Positions 47,436 through 58,441 of a stretch of DNA of 64,000 nt are shown here, piece after piece; the stretch's first letter is position 1; each line of letters begins with the position of its first letter. The DNA lies in NCBI GenBank assembly GCA_965217775.1, contig CBDCJH010000002.1:4000001-4064000 (forward strand). Reading direction: 5' to 3'. The notes beneath the pieces are model-generated. The model was not told the DNA's origin and did no database searches. It saw nothing but the letters and a program-made list of their open reading frames with translations. The position numbers and the translations under genes are program-made. This DNA is from Acidobacteriota bacterium. Its GTDB lineage: Bacteria; Acidobacteriota; UBA6911; RPQK01; JAJDTT01.

Positions 47436-50400
47436 TCAGAATGAAAATCTCAGTCCAAACTGGAAGATCCGTCCGGGCAGGGCGCTCGAAACCACGCCGA
47501 AACTGGCTCGCTCCAGTCGACTTCCCGGTTTGCCGAAGTTCACGTTGTTGAAGAAATTGAAGGAGTCGAACCGAAGCTGGAACTTGGCCTGCTCGTTGAA
47601 TTGAGGAACGTAGAAGTTCTTGGCCACGGAGAAATCGAAGTTGATGTAGCCGTCGGTATCCAGAAAATGGACGCCGCTGTTGCCGAAGGTGCCCAGCGCC
47701 GGCATCTGGAAACACTTGGTGCCGAACCATTGGTTGATGGCCCGCCCCCCGTTTCCGTCACAGGTGCGATCGGGCCGCTTGTTGGTGGCGATCTGCTCGG
47801 TGTTGGAAGGATCGAACGAGGTCGTGGGATGGAAGCCGAAACCGCTCTGCAGGCTGCCGATCCCCGAGAGCTGCCAGCCCCCGAACAGGTTCCGGGTGAA
47901 GGTGCTCATACCCTGCATCCTGGGCGTCTCGTAGATGAAACTCGTGACGAATCGTTGGCGCACGTCGAAGGTGCTGCGGCCCTTGTCCGGCTTGCCCGGC
48001 ACATAGGCCCGGGACCCCTTGTTGTCGAAGGAATCCCAGTCCAGCGACTTGGAGTAGGTATAGGCTGCAGTGAAGCTCAAGCCGCCGCTCAACCGCTTGC
48101 GCAGGCTCGTCTCCAACCCGTGATAGTAGGCTTGGCCTTCGCCCTGGTCGGTCAGAATCCAGGCGTAGTTCTTGAAGGGCCGCTTGGTGATCCGGCACGC
48201 GCTCCCGCATTCCGGCTGCTGCGGATTGCGAAGGACGTTGATGTTGCGGCGCTTCGACATGTGAATGCCGTGGGAGCCGACGTAGGCGATCTCGGTGAAC
48301 AGGTCGGAGCCCCAGGTCTTCTGCATGCTCAGCGTCCAGACCTGCTGGTAGGGATCCCGCCGCTGGGTCTCACTGTTCATGATGAAGAAGACGTTGGGAC
48401 CCATGATGGAGGTGGGCTCGACGGCCGGGGGATCCGGGAGTTGCCCCGTGGTGCTCAGGGTGGGCGCCAGGAGGTCACTGATGTAATTCTGCCCGACCCC
48501 GACACTGGGTCCGATGGAGTCCCAGCCTCGATCGTTGCCCGGCACGTCATCGTAGAAGACGCCGAAGCTGCTGCGGATGGCGAGATCGTCGCGCCCGCCC
48601 GGCGTCCAGGCAAAACCGATCCGCGGCGCGAAGTCATTGCCGTCGATGTCCACCAGTCTCGGCTTGTCCGGCGTGGCCTGGATCGTGCTTCCGTCACCCT
48701 CTTGAATGAAAAGCATGATGAGGTGGTCCTCGTCGGTTTCCCAGGGGTAGACCTGATACCTCATGCCCAGGGACAGAGTGAAGTTCTGAGCCAGCTTGAT
48801 GTCATCCTGAATGAATCCGTTGTACCAGATGGCATGCTTCTTGACCGGGCTCTGGTAATTGACCCCGTCGATGCTGCTGGGATGCCCCAACAGAAAGTCG
48901 GCGAAATTGTGCCCGCTGAAATTGTTGTTGAAGGTGAACCTCCCGGCGTGGCCGCTCACGATGGCCAGATCCTGGCGCTTTCTCCGCACCTCGGCGCCCA
49001 GCATGACCTGATGTTTGCCTTCGATCCAGTTCACGTTGACCAGGTAGTGCTGATCCTTCTGAACCGGTTCTTCGCAGTTGTTGCTCCAGGTTCCGAAGCC
49101 ACCCACTCCGCCGATGCCCAGGGACAGGACGCGGTTGCACACGGGAACCGTGTTGATGTTCTTGACGCCGAAGACCTGACCCCAATCGGTCTCCGTGTCC
49201 TGGGACCGGCCGGCGGCGGAGAAATCCACCCGGTTGAGGCCTCCCTTGAGGTTGAGGGTCAGTGCGGGACCGAAGACGTGAACCCAATCGATCACCATGT
49301 TGTCCGCGTGCAACGGGCGCGTCGAGTCCTCCCGAATGATTCGGTCCTCCAGCCGGTCCGACCGGCTGTAGGAATAGCGGCCGAAGAACTTGTCGTTTTC
49401 GGAGGCCGCGTAGTCGAAGCGCACCAGCACCTTGTTTTCGTCCACGACAGTCAGCGTGGGGCCGATGTAGTTCAACGCTGCACCGGGATGGGTGGGACCC
49501 GGAATGAATCCCCTTTCCATCCAGGTCTGAGCGAAACCGTCGATTCGAGAACTCGGGACCTGGTTGTTGTTGAAGGGGTTTCCGGTCATGGGGTCGACCA
49601 GTTGGGTGTCGGGGAGGAGGTCGGAGAAGTCTCCGTTCAGCCATCCGGCATGGGGAACGCTCCCTCTCCCGGTTCCGGACTCCCGGCCGCGGATCCCCTC
49701 GTAGCTTCCGTACCAGAACAACTTGTCGGAGAGAATCGGGCCACCCACCTCGAAACCGTACTGGTTGCGAAGGGTTTCCGGGCTGCCGACGTCGAAGAAA
49801 TTGCGGGCGTTGGTGTTGTCGTTCTGGTGCGCTTCCCAGAGCGTGCCGTGAATTTCGTTGGTGCCCGATTTGGTCACCACGTTGATGACGGCGGCGTTGT
49901 CGTAGTTACCGGCAAAATAGCCCTTCTGGACCTTGAACTCCCGCAACGTCTCCACCGCCGGGACCGTGGCCACCAGTCCGATGTAGAACTCCTTGCTGGG
50001 AATTCCGTCGAAGAGGACGTTGGTCGACACGTGCCTCTGACCCGAGATGGCCACCTGCAGGTTGCTCCGGTTGGCGTAGGACGAACCGAACTCGCCGGTG
50101 GGGAGCTCGGGCGTCACTCCGGCCGTAATGCTGGCCAGGGTCATGAAGTTCTTCTCACCCGAGGGGAGCTCGAGAATCTCGGTCTCTCCGACCACTTCAC
50201 CCAGTGAGGGCTCCTCCGACTCGACGACGTTGCGGGACGCCTGCACCGTCACCTGCTCTGCGATGGCGCCCACGTCGAGGGCCACATCCCGTCTCACGAC
50301 GCTGTCCACCCGGACCTCGATCCCACTGATCACAGTGGTCTTGAAACCGGGCAGGGCGGCCGTGAGATCGTAGATGCCGGGGGGAAGGTTGGGGATGCGA

Positions 50401-50606
50401 TAGAGTCCCTGATCATTGACCACCGCCACCGAATCCACGCCCGTGGCCGTATTCGTGGCCGTGACCTCCGCTCCGGGAAGCACCGCGCCGGAAGTGTCGG
50501 CCACGTTGCCGGTGATGGTGCCCGAAATCTGCTGTCCCAGGACACCGGCGGAGGCCATCAGCACCAGAGCTGCCGCCAGAACGAGTTGCGAGGTTTTCCT
50601 TGTCAT
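47436..50606 (-). CDS. TonB-dependent receptor with carboxypeptidase-regulatory-like domain
   Basis: Signal peptide; GNVADTSGAVLPGA, VTKSGTNEIHG, NDFAPRIGFAW; C-terminus GRIFQFGLRFSF. Confidence 0.92.
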   Translation of the reverse strand: MTRKTSQLVLAAALVLMASAGVLGQQISGTITGNVADTSGAVLPGAEVTATNTATGVDSVAVVNDQGLYRIPNLPPGIYDLTAALPGFKTTVISGIEVRVDSVVRRDVALDVGAIAEQVTVQASRNVVESEEPSLGEVVGETEILELPSGEKNFMTLASITAGVTPELPTGEFGSSYANRSNLQVAISGQRHVSTNVLFDGIPSKEFYIGLVATVPAVETLREFKVQKGYFAGNYDNAAVINVVTKSGTNEIHGTLWEAHQNDNTNARNFFDVGSPETLRNQYGFEVGGPILSDKLFWYGSYEGIRGRESGTGRGSVPHAGWLNGDFSDLLPDTQLVDPMTGNPFNNNQVPSSRIDGFAQTWMERGFIPGPTHPGAALNYIGPTLTVVDENKVLVRFDYAASENDKFFGRYSYSRSDRLEDRIIREDSTRPLHADNMVIDWVHVFGPALTLNLKGGLNRVDFSAAGRSQDTETDWGQVFGVKNINTVPVCNRVLSLGIGGVGGFGTWSNNCEEPVQKDQHYLVNVNWIEGKHQVMLGAEVRRKRQDLAIVSGHAGRFTFNNNFSGHNFADFLLGHPSSIDGVNYQSPVKKHAIWYNGFIQDDIKLAQNFTLSLGMRYQVYPWETDEDHLIMLFIQEGDGSTIQATPDKPRLVDIDGNDFAPRIGFAWTPGGRDDLAIRSSFGVFYDDVPGNDRGWDSIGPSVGVGQNYISDLLAPTLSTTGQLPDPPAVEPTSIMGPNVFFIMNSETQRRDPYQQVWTLSMQKTWGSDLFTEIAYVGSHGIHMSKRRNINVLRNPQQPECGSACRITKRPFKNYAWILTDQGEGQAYYHGLETSLRKRLSGGLSFTAAYTYSKSLDWDSFDNKGSRAYVPGKPDKGRSTFDVRQRFVTSFIYETPRMQGMSTFTRNLFGGWQLSGIGSLQSGFGFHPTTSFDPSNTEQIATNKRPDRTCDGNGGRAINQWFGTKCFQMPALGTFGNSGVHFLDTDGYINFDFSVAKNFYVPQFNEQAKFQLRFDSFNFFNNVNFGKPGSRLERASFGVVSSALPGRIFQFGLRFSF

Positions 50607-50923
50607 AGATCCGTGTCTCCACAAAGACGAGTCATATTGGGGACGCATGGAGGGCGTTTCCTCAAGAAGTTCAGGCAGCCAGAGAAAACTGAGAGTCAGA
50701 GAAAACTGGCAACCTGAAAAAAAAGTTGAAGGCATTTTGGGTGCGCTCAGGAACCATTGTCAAGACAACGGGACATTTTCGTTCAGTACCGCTGCCGGTA
50801 CGCTATGTCCATGCTGCCGGACAGGTCCGTGAATCCATACTCATGGAGTTATTCGGTGACCGATGGACAACTCTCGAAAGAAGCCACAGAATCCAGAAAT
50901 CCCAGGGGGCGAGTCCATCCAAG

Positions 50924-51439
50924 ATGTTGAAACTCTTCGTCTACGGCACCCTCAAGCGAGGCTATGGGAACCACAATCGCTTCTGCCGGGGAGCGTTGGA
51001 CATCCAGGACGCACAAGTTCGCGGCCGCCTTTACGACGGACCTGGCTTCCCGGTTCTCGAGGTGCCCGGCGAGGACGTCCTGGCCTGCGGAACCACGGAT
51101 CCCCTCGCCGACGTGGATACGCAGGATCGCCTTTCCGGCCGGGTCGGAAAGTACCCTCGACCGGTTCCGGAAGGCACCAGAACGGGGGGCTGGGGGGCCG
51201 TGTACGGGGAACTCCTCACCTTCGACGACCCGGAATCCCGGTTGCCGGCCATCGACCGGCTGGAGGGCTTCCGTCCGGATGGTCCCAGCCTCTACCGGCG
51301 GGTCCTGGTGCCGGCGACGGTGGGTGGTGTGCACGAGCCCGCCTGGCTCTACACCCTCGAAGCCCCACACATCAAACACCGCCGGATCGTATCCGGGTGC
51401 TGGCCCCAGCACCCGGATGGGTCGGAAGCGGTGCGCTGA
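50924..51439 (+). CDS. Gamma-glutamylcyclotransferase family protein
   Basis: LFVYGTLKRG..NH, VYGEL, IDRLEG..YRR. Confidence 0.85.
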   Translation: MLKLFVYGTLKRGYGNHNRFCRGALDIQDAQVRGRLYDGPGFPVLEVPGEDVLACGTTDPLADVDTQDRLSGRVGKYPRPVPEGTRTGGWGAVYGELLTFDDPESRLPAIDRLEGFRPDGPSLYRRVLVPATVGGVHEPAWLYTLEAPHIKHRRIVSGCWPQHPDGSEAVR

Positions 51440-51443
51440 CCTC

Positions 51444-52283
51444 TTATTTCACCCAGAACCGATACAGCGGCTTCACGTCTTCCGGCAGGGACTCGTAGAC
51501 GCTCTTTCGCACCGGCGGCAGCTCGTAGTTCTTACCGCCCGTCTCCACCACCATGGCGGTGTGCTCGGGAGTGCCGATCAGGGTGGGATTCAGGTTCAGC
51601 CACCACGGGGCGTAGCGAATCAGGATGGCGACCCTGGGCTCCCGGCTCCGATTGGGTGCGACCGCGTGCCAGAGCCGGCTGTCGCTCACGAACACGCTCC
51701 CGGCGGGGCCGCAGACGTTCATCTCCGTCGGGTAGGAGTCGTCTTCAGGGACCGAGTTTCCGCCGCCGGCCGGGTTGCTGGAGGTTCTGTGACTTCCGGG
51801 CACCACCAGCGTGCCTCCCGTCTCGGCGCTGAAGGGAGACAACATCCAGATGGTCGAGATGTGCATCATGACGTCGGGGTAGGGTGCGCGGACGTGGGAG
51901 GCGTTGGTTCGATTGTAGGGCCAGTCCGCGTGCAGATAGCCGCGCCCGTTTCCCGGATTGTTGATCACGCAGTCGGTGCAGGAGATCCGGACCCACGGGC
52001 CGAAGAAGGCTTCGGCCAGATCCAGGATCCGCCGGTCGGCCAGGTAGGGCGCGAAGGCCTGGGTCTCGTTGATCACCTGGCGGAGATTGGCGACCCCCAT
52101 GACTCCGACCCGGTGACCCCGGGCCCGGGTCGCCGCCAGCTCGGCTTCGGCTTCCTGGTGCCGCCGGGCCTGGGCCTCCAAGACGCTCTTCCGGACCTCG
52201 TCGACCTGCTCACTGGGGATGATTCCTTCGATGACACAGAACCCGTCCACCTGCAACCGGCGGATCCTCTCCTTCGTCGTCAT
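51444..52283 (-). CDS. Phytanoyl-CoA dioxygenase (PhyH) family 2OG-Fe(II) oxygenase
   Basis: DGFCVI, HAD, GGTLVVPGSH, LWH, R; GGAGG RBS before MTTKER. Confidence 0.88.
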   Translation of the reverse strand: MTTKERIRRLQVDGFCVIEGIIPSEQVDEVRKSVLEAQARRHQEAEAELAATRARGHRVGVMGVANLRQVINETQAFAPYLADRRILDLAEAFFGPWVRISCTDCVINNPGNGRGYLHADWPYNRTNASHVRAPYPDVMMHISTIWMLSPFSAETGGTLVVPGSHRTSSNPAGGGNSVPEDDSYPTEMNVCGPAGSVFVSDSRLWHAVAPNRSREPRVAILIRYAPWWLNLNPTLIGTPEHTAMVVETGGKNYELPPVRKSVYESLPEDVKPLYRFWVK

Positions 52284-52319
52284 TCGAACCTCCGTGGCCG
52301 ACCGGCCGAGGCTTCCTTG

Positions 52320-52478
52320 CAGTCCGTGGTGAAAGTCCCGCGAGCACCGAGACCGTTCCTGCGCCCGCCGGACAAGGCGCTTCGGAGGGAGCATACCGGG
52401 AGTATGTGACCGAGTCGCAACGCAGTCCGCCGGGATGCAGGGACGGTCGAATGCCGTGACGACTTTTGCCACGGGCTG
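52320..52478. mobile_element. Palindromic MITE-like element, family A, copy 3 (159 bp, intergenic)
   Basis: Same TIRs; CTTG duplicated at 52316-52319 and 52479-52482. Confidence 0.92.
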
Positions 52479-52499
52479 CTTGGCCTGCCAAACGATGAG

Positions 52500-54149
52500 T
52501 CAGGAATCGGCGGGAACGATTCTGAACCTGACCCTCTCTCCGACGTCTCGCCGCTGGATCTTGTCCTCGACTCTGAGGACAAGGCTGTAATCCCCGGCAT
52601 CCATGCCGTCCAACTTGAACACCAACGCTGCCGCCACCCGGTCGCTGAAGCGGGAGAAGAGATGGGTGGCGGGACCGTCGATGAGTTCCTCTCCTCCGGA
52701 ATTCACGATGGACGCCGAAATGTCCAGGTCGACCAGGTCGCGACTCTGGTCGACGTCGAAGCTGTAGACCTCGAAGTAGACTCCGAGCCGGTCGCCGGGA
52801 CTGAACCGCCGCGCCTGGACCGGATACACCTTCCAACCCAACGCCGTTACGAAGGGGCTGGGCAGGGTTTCGCCTTCAGCTTTGACGATCGTGTCCGAGA
52901 GCACCAGGGACGAAAGGGCGAGCCCGTCGGGAACCGTTACCGGCAGTTGCAGCCGCTGCTGCAGGTGTCCGATCTTCTGGCTCCCCAAGTCCTTGGCGAT
53001 CAGATCGAGTTTGTAGATGCCGGGCGGCAGGGGGAGGATCTTCTGGAAGGATTTCTGTCCCTTCGGCTCCGTGGCGGCGCCCCGCCGGTCGTCGTAGATC
53101 GTCTCCTCGAACTCACTGACGATCCGTCCTCCCATGCTCTTCACCGAGCCGTACAGATTCACGGTTGCCCGAGGCACGGCTCCGGCCGAGGGAGTCTCAT
53201 AAGTCAGTTCCGTGAGCGGCAGAAATACGGTGATGGGAACCAGGAATGATTTTCCCGTAAGCCTGGTGTAGGAGTTGACGGCGTTGAACGGCAGTTCGTC
53301 GTAAGTGATGTTGGTCGCGACCGCGGCCTTGAGATCCTTGAACTGGATCCGAGGCGCCTGTTGCAGGCGGAAGTACCGATCCAGTCGGAGGAACGGATTC
53401 TGCGAATGCTTGTGAACCGCATCGAACTCGCCGCCGACCGAGCGCATCGGGTCCATGGCTCGGATCCGGCCGGCCCGGGTGTCGAGACCCATCCGTTCAA
53501 ACAGGGTGAGGCCCGCCCCGTCCATGTAGAGGAGAGCGTCCTTCTCCTCCGGCCTCAGGGCCATCCGGTACTCCCCGGTCATGGTCTTGTCGACGAACTC
53601 GATTTCGATTCCGCTCCCGATGTGCTCCACATGGCCGTAGTACCACTTTTCCATGGGATAGACGGCAGTGGTCCCCCCTCCCTCCTCGAGATCCCGGTAA
53701 TAGGTCTGGCCGGCGCCGTAGCGATCCACCGACGTGGCAGGCCCCAGGGCGATGTAGATCCGTCCCCGGTCCGACTTCCATCCCGGGATGCCGCCGCTGT
53801 GAAACCGCTCGTTGGAGTAGGCGATGCGGCGGTAGTGCTCGATCTTGAACTCGTTGAATGCACTGGCGGGATCGGGGTCGCGGCGGCGCCAGAACTGCTC
53901 GATGAAGCTCTCTTTCTCTTCGGTGCCGGTCAACTTGGAAAATACGGCCTTCTCTTCCGGCGAGATGATGTAGACCACGTCCTGATTCAGCCACTTGGCG
54001 AAGGGATCCACCTTTTCCTCAGCCTGAGGGTCCTGAGCGGCGGAGGGTAGAGCAGAAAACACCGTACCGAAAAAGACCAGACAGAGGGGGAGCAGGCGGA
54101 TCCGGCGAACCCGAGAATGACGAGTGCACCGCAGTGGGGACCAACTCAT
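52500..54149 (-). CDS. GWxTD domain-containing protein
   Basis: KWLNQDVVYII, FIEQFWRRRDP, NEFKIEHYRRI, GWKSDRGRIYI; start overlaps the upstream stop (ATGA). Confidence 0.88.
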   Translation of the reverse strand: MSWSPLRCTRHSRVRRIRLLPLCLVFFGTVFSALPSAAQDPQAEEKVDPFAKWLNQDVVYIISPEEKAVFSKLTGTEEKESFIEQFWRRRDPDPASAFNEFKIEHYRRIAYSNERFHSGGIPGWKSDRGRIYIALGPATSVDRYGAGQTYYRDLEEGGGTTAVYPMEKWYYGHVEHIGSGIEIEFVDKTMTGEYRMALRPEEKDALLYMDGAGLTLFERMGLDTRAGRIRAMDPMRSVGGEFDAVHKHSQNPFLRLDRYFRLQQAPRIQFKDLKAAVATNITYDELPFNAVNSYTRLTGKSFLVPITVFLPLTELTYETPSAGAVPRATVNLYGSVKSMGGRIVSEFEETIYDDRRGAATEPKGQKSFQKILPLPPGIYKLDLIAKDLGSQKIGHLQQRLQLPVTVPDGLALSSLVLSDTIVKAEGETLPSPFVTALGWKVYPVQARRFSPGDRLGVYFEVYSFDVDQSRDLVDLDISASIVNSGGEELIDGPATHLFSRFSDRVAAALVFKLDGMDAGDYSLVLRVEDKIQRRDVGERVRFRIVPADS

Positions 54150-55006
54150 TCGACCTTGGCCTCCTGCTGCAGTTGATAGAGCGATTTCCACATGCCGTCG
54201 TAGGAGGGAATCAGAGGCGGCGGCCCCCCGAAACGGGCGAATCGGGACGGCCTGCCGCGCAGCATCTGACCGGTCATGCCGAACGACGTCATCTCTCCGA
54301 AGTAGATCGGGTAGCAGTCGGCAGCCTGATATCCATAGATCAGGGTGCGGCGCGGGTGCTCGGACCGGTTGGGAAGCGACGCGTGGGGCGTGATGCAGTG
54401 CAGGAGGATGGCGCTTCCGGAAGGGCCGGCCAAGGACACCGGCTGACCGAAGCGGCCGTTGCTGAGATCCTCCGTGACCATGCCCGCGAACTGGCCGTCG
54501 GCCCCCGTGTGGTCGAAGAAGTGGGTGTGGTGCCGCGGCAGGACCTGCAGGCAGCCGTTCTCTTCGGTGGCATCGTCCACGTAGATCAACACCGCCACCT
54601 GGTCGTCGTTGGTGGAGGGGAAGTAGGCCATGTCCTGGTGCCACTTGACGACCGACCCCACCCGGGCCGGTTTCATGTTGATCTTGCTGTATTGCGCCGC
54701 GAAGTTGGGGCCGATCAAAGGTTCCAGGCAATCCAGCAGGCGCGCGTCGGACCCGAGGCGGCGAAAGGTCTGGTGCCGGTCGAAGGGTTCATAGATCCGC
54801 CGCGGCACCGGACGGCCCTCCTGCAGCTCCGGCTCCAGTTCCAGGACGTCGCTCCAGTCGCCACTCGCCAGCGCCGTCTCCGAGACCTCCCGGATGGCTC
54901 GATCGACTTCCGCCATCTCTTCCGCGCTGAAAAACTCCGGCAGGAGCAGATAGCCCTCTCGCCGATAACTGTCCACCTGGTCGTCCGAGAGACGCGTGAT
55001 CGTCAT
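54146..55006 (-). CDS. Phytanoyl-CoA dioxygenase (PhyH) family protein
   Basis: WHQD, ENGCLQVLP, TPHAS.PN, RR. Confidence 0.9.
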   Translation of the reverse strand: MTITRLSDDQVDSYRREGYLLLPEFFSAEEMAEVDRAIREVSETALASGDWSDVLELEPELQEGRPVPRRIYEPFDRHQTFRRLGSDARLLDCLEPLIGPNFAAQYSKINMKPARVGSVVKWHQDMAYFPSTNDDQVAVLIYVDDATEENGCLQVLPRHHTHFFDHTGADGQFAGMVTEDLSNGRFGQPVSLAGPSGSAILLHCITPHASLPNRSEHPRRTLIYGYQAADCYPIYFGEMTSFGMTGQMLRGRPSRFARFGGPPPLIPSYDGMWKSLYQLQQEAKVE

Positions 55007-55124
55007 GATTCAACCTCCCTGTCCGGAAGAGCGCATTCTGGGAGCCACGCACCGGCATTGTGGTGGATCTTATTGCCTTCTATTATCGTGGCCTCCGGTC
55101 ATCGCCCGCAAGAGGAGGTCCCGC

Positions 55125-56516
55125 ATGATTTCCCGGCGCCGGTTTCTTCAGCTGGCTGCCCAGGGGACGGTCAGTGGCTCCGCGATCCACGCTACCGTCT
55201 CGGCCCTCACCGCAGAATCGGCCGTGGAGCACCTGCTCTGCATGTCGCCCCGGCAATTGGCCAAACTGGAGGAAGGCCGCAACCAGGGATTGTTGGAGCT
55301 CGCCCCCGTCAGTCTCCCACCCGATCCGGACGCTCTCAACAACCACTTCGGATGGCCGGTCGCCGCCCGGACAGGCGACACGCTCATCGTGGTGCACCGC
55401 CGAATTCCGGGGCATTGGAAGGGACTCGAGCGCACCGACGACCGGCACAGCTACACCATGGTGGTGCGATCGACGGACGGCGGGAAGTCCTGGACCGAAC
55501 CCTTCGACCTGCGCCAGGTGATGAGAAGAGAGGATCGCTACCGGGGCGGTCACATCCCGCTGGCCCACCGCTACAAATTCGCCCGCGACCAGGATCCGAC
55601 TCTCGGCTACAAGATCCACCTGAACGCCATCGGGACGGCGTGCGACGGCGGAGTCGTCCTGGTGAGCGACCACGGGGTCTTCCGCAGCGACGACCGCGGC
55701 AGGACCTGGGCCCATTTCTCCCGGGCCATGAGGGAGGACACCACGCCGGGTCCGGTGCTCTACATCGGTCCGCGCCTTTTTGAGCACCCGGCCTACGGCC
55801 TCGTGGTGGCGGGACACTCCAACCTGGTGACCGATCAGTACCAGGAGGGCTTGCATCCGCCGGACACGACGGGCGGAAGTGTCCGCATCGCCGACAAGAT
55901 CCACTTCCGCTACTCACGAGACGGAGGGCGGACCTGGGCCGAGGAGGAACAGTCCCTTCCTTCCTTCGTCCGTCCGGCCGAGCCGGTCGCCCTGCTGGAC
56001 GGGAACCGGCTGGCCATCGTGTCCCGAAGCTACGACCCTGCTGCCTACGATAAGCGGACGGACACTTCCGTCTACGCGCAACTCTGGTCGGAACGGGGAT
56101 GGCTTCCCCTGCAGTCAAGGCATTCCAACATCCGCGTCTCCGGCAGGCGTGGACGCCAGGACACGGTGGACATCGACTTCAATCCGGTCACCGCACGGAT
56201 CGAGGCAGTGGTGCCGGCGCGAGCGGGCAGCGGACCGGGACGTCCCGATGCGGGGAAGATGTCGTTGAACCTTTGGAGCATCGATCCGCGGGACCTCTTC
56301 TCGGGCAGCTCACGCTGGCGCTTCGAATGTTCTCTCTTCTCACGCCGGGAGCCGACGGGCAGGATCGACGGCCTCCACCCCGGGGCCGCCGTCATCGATT
56401 CCGAGCGCGGCGTCCAACACGTCTTCGTCTACATGGGTTATCCGGCCGGACCGGCCGGTGTCTTCCGGCTGACGCGCACGCTGGAAACCGGCGCCTTGAA
56501 GGCTTTCCTGGGCTGA
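55125..56516 (+). CDS. Tat-exported BNR/Asp-box protein
   Basis: SRRRFL; STDGGKSW, SDDRGRTW, SRDGGRTW; GAGGAGG RBS. Confidence 0.82.
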   Translation: MISRRRFLQLAAQGTVSGSAIHATVSALTAESAVEHLLCMSPRQLAKLEEGRNQGLLELAPVSLPPDPDALNNHFGWPVAARTGDTLIVVHRRIPGHWKGLERTDDRHSYTMVVRSTDGGKSWTEPFDLRQVMRREDRYRGGHIPLAHRYKFARDQDPTLGYKIHLNAIGTACDGGVVLVSDHGVFRSDDRGRTWAHFSRAMREDTTPGPVLYIGPRLFEHPAYGLVVAGHSNLVTDQYQEGLHPPDTTGGSVRIADKIHFRYSRDGGRTWAEEEQSLPSFVRPAEPVALLDGNRLAIVSRSYDPAAYDKRTDTSVYAQLWSERGWLPLQSRHSNIRVSGRRGRQDTVDIDFNPVTARIEAVVPARAGSGPGRPDAGKMSLNLWSIDPRDLFSGSSRWRFECSLFSRREPTGRIDGLHPGAAVIDSERGVQHVFVYMGYPAGPAGVFRLTRTLETGALKAFLG

Positions 56517-56561
56517 CGGGCAGTTATTTGCGGCGAACGGCTCCCCGGGCTGGAGCGGGAA

Positions 56562-57293
56562 TCACTTTTTTCTGGGCTTCGACGGTCGCATCTCGACGCG
56601 GCTGACCAGGCACCGCGGATGTTGGGTCAGAATGCTGACGACCACCTGCGCCACGTCCTCCGGAGCCATCTTCCAGGCGTCTCCGCTCCCGCCCTGCGAC
56701 GATCGCGACTTGGTGTTGACGCTGCCCGGCATGATGTAGGCGACCCGGATGTCGTCGTGCCGGACTTCCTCCATCAGGGCTTCGCTCAGTCCGGTCAAGC
56801 CGAACTTGGAGGCGTTGTAGGCCGAGCCTCCGGCGAAGGCGTTCTTGCCGGCGAGGCTGCTGATGTTGATGATGAATCCGCCCCCGGTCTTCTTCATCTC
56901 CGGGACCGCGAAGTGACAGCCGTAGAAAACGCCGTCCAGATTGGTGGCGATGGTGGTCCGCCACTCCTCCACCGACATCTCCTCCACGCTCTTGAAGGCG
57001 CGCAGGGCGGCCGCATTGTTGATCAGAATGTCGATCCGCCCGAGCCGGGCGATACAGGAACGGATGAGCGCCCGGACCTGCTCCGGGTCCCTGACGTCGC
57101 AGGTTTGACCCACCACCGCCCCCGCGCCGCTGCCGCGGAGGGAATCGACCGCCGCTTCGATGTCTCCTCCGTTCCGGGCGCAGATCATCACCCCCGCACC
57201 CGCGCGAACCAGTGCCCGGGCCACGGCGAACCCGATCCCTCGCGAACCGCCCGTGACCACAGCCCGTTTGCCTGAAAGTGTCATAACCCGCAT
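56562..57293 (-). CDS. SDR family oxidoreductase
   Basis: TGGSRGIG, NNAA, YNASK, MPGSV. Confidence 0.92.
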   Translation of the reverse strand: MRVMTLSGKRAVVTGGSRGIGFAVARALVRAGAGVMICARNGGDIEAAVDSLRGSGAGAVVGQTCDVRDPEQVRALIRSCIARLGRIDILINNAAALRAFKSVEEMSVEEWRTTIATNLDGVFYGCHFAVPEMKKTGGGFIINISSLAGKNAFAGGSAYNASKFGLTGLSEALMEEVRHDDIRVAYIMPGSVNTKSRSSQGGSGDAWKMAPEDVAQVVVSILTQHPRCLVSRVEMRPSKPRKK

Positions 57294-57383
57294 TCCTCAC
57301 CGGGAGGCCCGACGACCGCGAAGCCCTTCTTCCTTCGACGCGATCCCGGCACCGATGGCTCTTGGTTGTCCTTGCCGTTATTT

Positions 57384-57740
57384 CTACGACCCAGACCTCT
57401 GGTTCGGCCCGGCCACAGAGCAGGCTAATGCAACCATCAGTGCAGAGTCGAGATGCTTGATCTTGGCGCCCTTGAGGCTTCCGACGAACCGAGTCAATTG
57501 CGACTTCCTCAAACTGACAAGCTCGTCGCAGTGCACGCTGCTGTCGTGTCGAAGTCCCTCATTCGATCCGATATCGACCTGCGTTGCGAGCCCGTGGCGG
57601 GCTGAGTACACCGGCGCGCAGATGACCGTGGAAAAACGGGAATCGATCAACTCCTGCCGACTGACTACGACGAACACACGAAACCGCTTCGGGTCGCGAG
57701 CAGGAGGCTTGGCAACCCGATAGAGCTCACCGCGTCTCAC
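57384..57740 (-). CDS. mazF: PemK/MazF-family endoribonuclease toxin
   Basis: MRRGELY, R.FVVVSR, TVICAPV, EGL..DS..CDEL.SL; GTGA overlap with the upstream gene. Confidence 0.88.
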   Translation of the reverse strand: MRRGELYRVAKPPARDPKRFRVFVVVSRQELIDSRFSTVICAPVYSARHGLATQVDIGSNEGLRHDSSVHCDELVSLRKSQLTRFVGSLKGAKIKHLDSALMVALACSVAGPNQRSGS

Positions 57741-58408
57741 ATTTCCACCTGGTAACCCAAGACGTCGACCGCTTCCTCGTTCAGTTCATCAGCGTGCGCG
57801 TTGATGATGTTGAGGTCACGCTTGTCGTTCGCCTCGCGAGAACTCGCAGCTGATTCACCGGCTACTCTGATACGCGCGCGGCCTCCCGGGTGTGCGGCAC
57901 GCTCCGTATTGCGCCACATGAATCCGATGTCCAGAGCAATCCCAAGTTTTTGCGCTGCAGTCACGATTGCCAGACCAGCTCCATTGGCAGGCTGGCCCTG
58001 TACCGAAACATCTATCTCGGACAGGTAACGGTAACCTTCTTCTTGCTTCCTCCCTTGAACCATGTTGGCAGGACATAGCCGGTTGAGCTCATCGAAATTC
58101 CTGGCGCGCTCCTTGGCCAACTTGACGACCATTCGATCTCGCAAATGATTCCACTTTGGCCGTGCGACGACGATCCCGCCGATCATCGCGTCCAGAACTT
58201 TCGTATGCGTCAAGTCAGGAAGCCGTTGCGGATCAATCCGCCTTTCAGAATCCATCCGGGTGCCTTCTTTCGAGGCGCCGATGCCAGCCTGTTGATCCAG
58301 GGCGTCCAGAGCACGATTGATGACTGCATCGGGATTGACGTCCAGGAATGGCCGAGCATGACTTTTCAGTCGCTCGAGAGTCGCCTCGTCCACGGCTATA
58401 TCGACCAT
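57737..58408 (-). CDS. Putative chimeric antitoxin: RHH-like N-terminus + uncharacterised central domain + acidic MazE-like tail
   Basis: [31 protein letters not shown]; tail [24 protein letters not shown]; coupled to mazF; GGGAGG RBS. Confidence 0.65.
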   Translation of the reverse strand: MVDIAVDEATLERLKSHARPFLDVNPDAVINRALDALDQQAGIGASKEGTRMDSERRIDPQRLPDLTHTKVLDAMIGGIVVARPKWNHLRDRMVVKLAKERARNFDELNRLCPANMVQGRKQEEGYRYLSEIDVSVQGQPANGAGLAIVTAAQKLGIALDIGFMWRNTERAAHPGGRARIRVAGESAASSREANDKRDLNIINAHADELNEEAVDVLGYQVEM

Positions 58409-58419
58409 ATCTTCCTCCC

Positions 58420-58441
58420 AAATTTAAAACGTTGTAAATTT
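58420..58441. promoter_or_regulatory. Palindromic operator candidate in the TA promoter
   Basis: AAATTTAAAACGTTGTAAATTT, 22-bp palindrome with one mismatched pair, in an AT-rich stretch just upstream of the RBS. Confidence 0.6.

Noticed and set aside
52284-52472. N-terminal extension of the PhyH ORF running through element A copy 3
   Set aside because: A good RBS and ATG lie at 52283; the extension is only the stop-free frame of the repeat, so it is not counted as a third in-frame insertion
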